64,000 nt of DNA, taken from assembly GCF_009914755.1 (NCBI RefSeq), contig NC_060931.1. One strand, written 5' to 3'. Positions 62,266 through 64,000 of the stretch are shown piece after piece. This DNA is from the human T2T-CHM13v2.0 reference genome, Homo sapiens. The notes below the pieces were generated by a model. It was not told where the DNA came from. It did no database searches and saw only the letters and a list, made by a program, of their open reading frames with translations. Position 1 is the stretch's first letter; the number at the start of each line of letters is the position of its first letter. Position numbers and translations under genes: made by a program.

Positions 62266-63441
62266 CTTACCATATTATAGGCTTAATAACAACCAAAATG
62301 CATAAATGACTTTATAATTTACATATCACTTCCATAAACATAATGGGATTTGATTACTACAAAATATTTGAAGCATTATTTTCATTGAAAATTCTTATAT
62401 TTTTACAAATGTAAGTGGATTATGAACTATGATAATGAGTAATGTTGGCACAATTCCCTTTGCTCTATCTCAAATTCATGGTATTTCATGTTAGCTCATA
62501 AAATTGACACCAGATCTGTTTACAAATCTCTTGTCACATTTATATCATATATCATAACACCTCAAGCACAAAGTTTTTATTTAAAAAAGCCAGTCAAATC
62601 CTTCACAAAATCTCTGATTTTCTTCTGCCTCTTATTCAGTGACCTGATCATAGATACATAGACAGATGGATAAATAGATAGAATACCAAAAGTTGCAAAT
62701 AACTTCATCTTATATGTAACCTGCCACCCCCCACCCTTTCTTTGCTATGAACACCAAGAACCTAGGTCTATAGGCATTAAAAACACTGTTGAAACTTGAA
62801 AAGAGTAAAATAATTGGTTGGGATTTCAGAAACACTGATCTTCATACAGAATCCAACAGAAAGGCCCTACTGATGAATGAAGAAGTGGCTTTCTAGATTA
62901 TTGTAAAACAATGATTTTGTAAAACAGCATCATGTGTTACTCCCTTCCACTACTAAAAAAGGTACAACATGCTTTTTCTGGCCCCTCTGTGTATGACTAC
63001 TTGACTTAGATAACTCATATTGTCCTGTAAGTTTTTACAGCTCAGTTCTTACTGGATTTTGTATTAGAACCTTATAATTTAAGAAAATAAAAAAGGTATT
63101 TTCTTGGACTATTGAAAAAGTACCTGTTTGGGGCTATTTCAAAGATACATGGAGTCCCAACATATTAATACTTGTTAAAATAAGAGTATCGGTGACATAA
63201 TGGTATAGCTTGAAAAGCAAACAATATATCTTTAAAATAAATTATACAGGTTTAATAGAAAATGATACCTCAATATCACTGGCCAATGTGATATAAAAAG
63301 TCTAGCTGCATTTAGCCAATAGATGCGACTATTTTGGCCTCTAAAATTTCTACTCCTGCTTCTAAGTGTCCTTGTTGCCTGTTTTTAGATATCACAATAT
63401 TATGAAACATTCCAAAAGATGCATACAAAATAAAACTCTTC

Positions 63442-63453
63442 TGCTGACTCAGC
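63442..63453 (+). promoter_or_regulatory. MARE / ARE (Maf, NFE2/NRF2, AP-1) motif TGCTGACTCAGC
   Basis: 12/13 match to T-MARE TGCTGACTCAGCA in unique sequence; motif only. Confidence 0.35.
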
Positions 63454-64000
63454 TTCTGTTGTATCTCAACCCAATAATGATATGTTGAGAATTAAGACTC
63501 TGTCTACTATAGCATATATTTTAATTATACTTTTATAAACCTGAATAAAATATAATTAAAATGTACTTACTATAGAGCTACAATAGAGCTACAATATGAG
63601 AAGTCTATTATTTTAATGCACACATTATAGAAAATGTAATTGACTTCTTAACAAAACCAGAAACTCTGCCTCATAACCAGGAAAATTAATCTCTACGCTG
63701 GGTAGATTTATTAGGAGTTATTATTATCCTAAGCTAAAAAGTTAAAACAAGTAAATATTTTATAAGGGGTCATTATTAACAAATGTACATTGATTCCCTC
63801 CTCTTCCCAGATTTTTTCCACCCTATTGTTCACTTAAGGGAAAAGCAGGTTGATTTACTTATTTCAATATTTTCTTCTCAATTTGTGTCTGGAAAGTACC
63901 TTGTGAGTATGATCTCTAATATTTCTTGCTGACATGTAGCAGGATTATTGCTGTAGATTTAGGAAAACAGAATCCCAACACAGTGTACAAGATGGTGCTC

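Noticed and set aside
63573-63596. Short tandem duplications (tagagctacaa x2; also acagttgagca x2 at ~52717 and agggagttagc x2 at ~3698)
   Set aside because: Ordinary slippage duplications with no further structure

Overview
64 kb of AT-rich, repeat-dense primate genomic DNA, almost certainly human (it carries an Alu with all five AluYa5 diagnostic bases). I recognise no known protein-coding gene, RNA gene or CpG island. Every long ORF comes from LINE-1 ORF2, endogenous retrovirus, Alu, LTR or microsatellite sequence. Contents: about 12 Alus, three primate L1PA3-5 copies (one twin-primed), older L1PA/L1PB/L1M fragments, several solo LTRs, DNA-transposon fossils, MIR/L2, and a nested ERV complex (class I pol-env-LTR host carrying a MER4A1 LTR and a HERV-S LTR18/PBS-Ser/gag piece). 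Best second-look items: (1) a mosaic of locally templated copies inside an L1 insertion at ~57.1 kb; (2) a fold-back inverted duplication of target DNA at an L1 5' junction at ~21.3 kb; (3) a chain of minus-strand exon-like units, three of which join in frame into a 141-codon ORF; (4) a class III/class I ERV chimera whose host shows many G-to-A stop codons. Repeat subfamily names come from my recollection of consensus sequences, and boundaries of old repeats are approximate.
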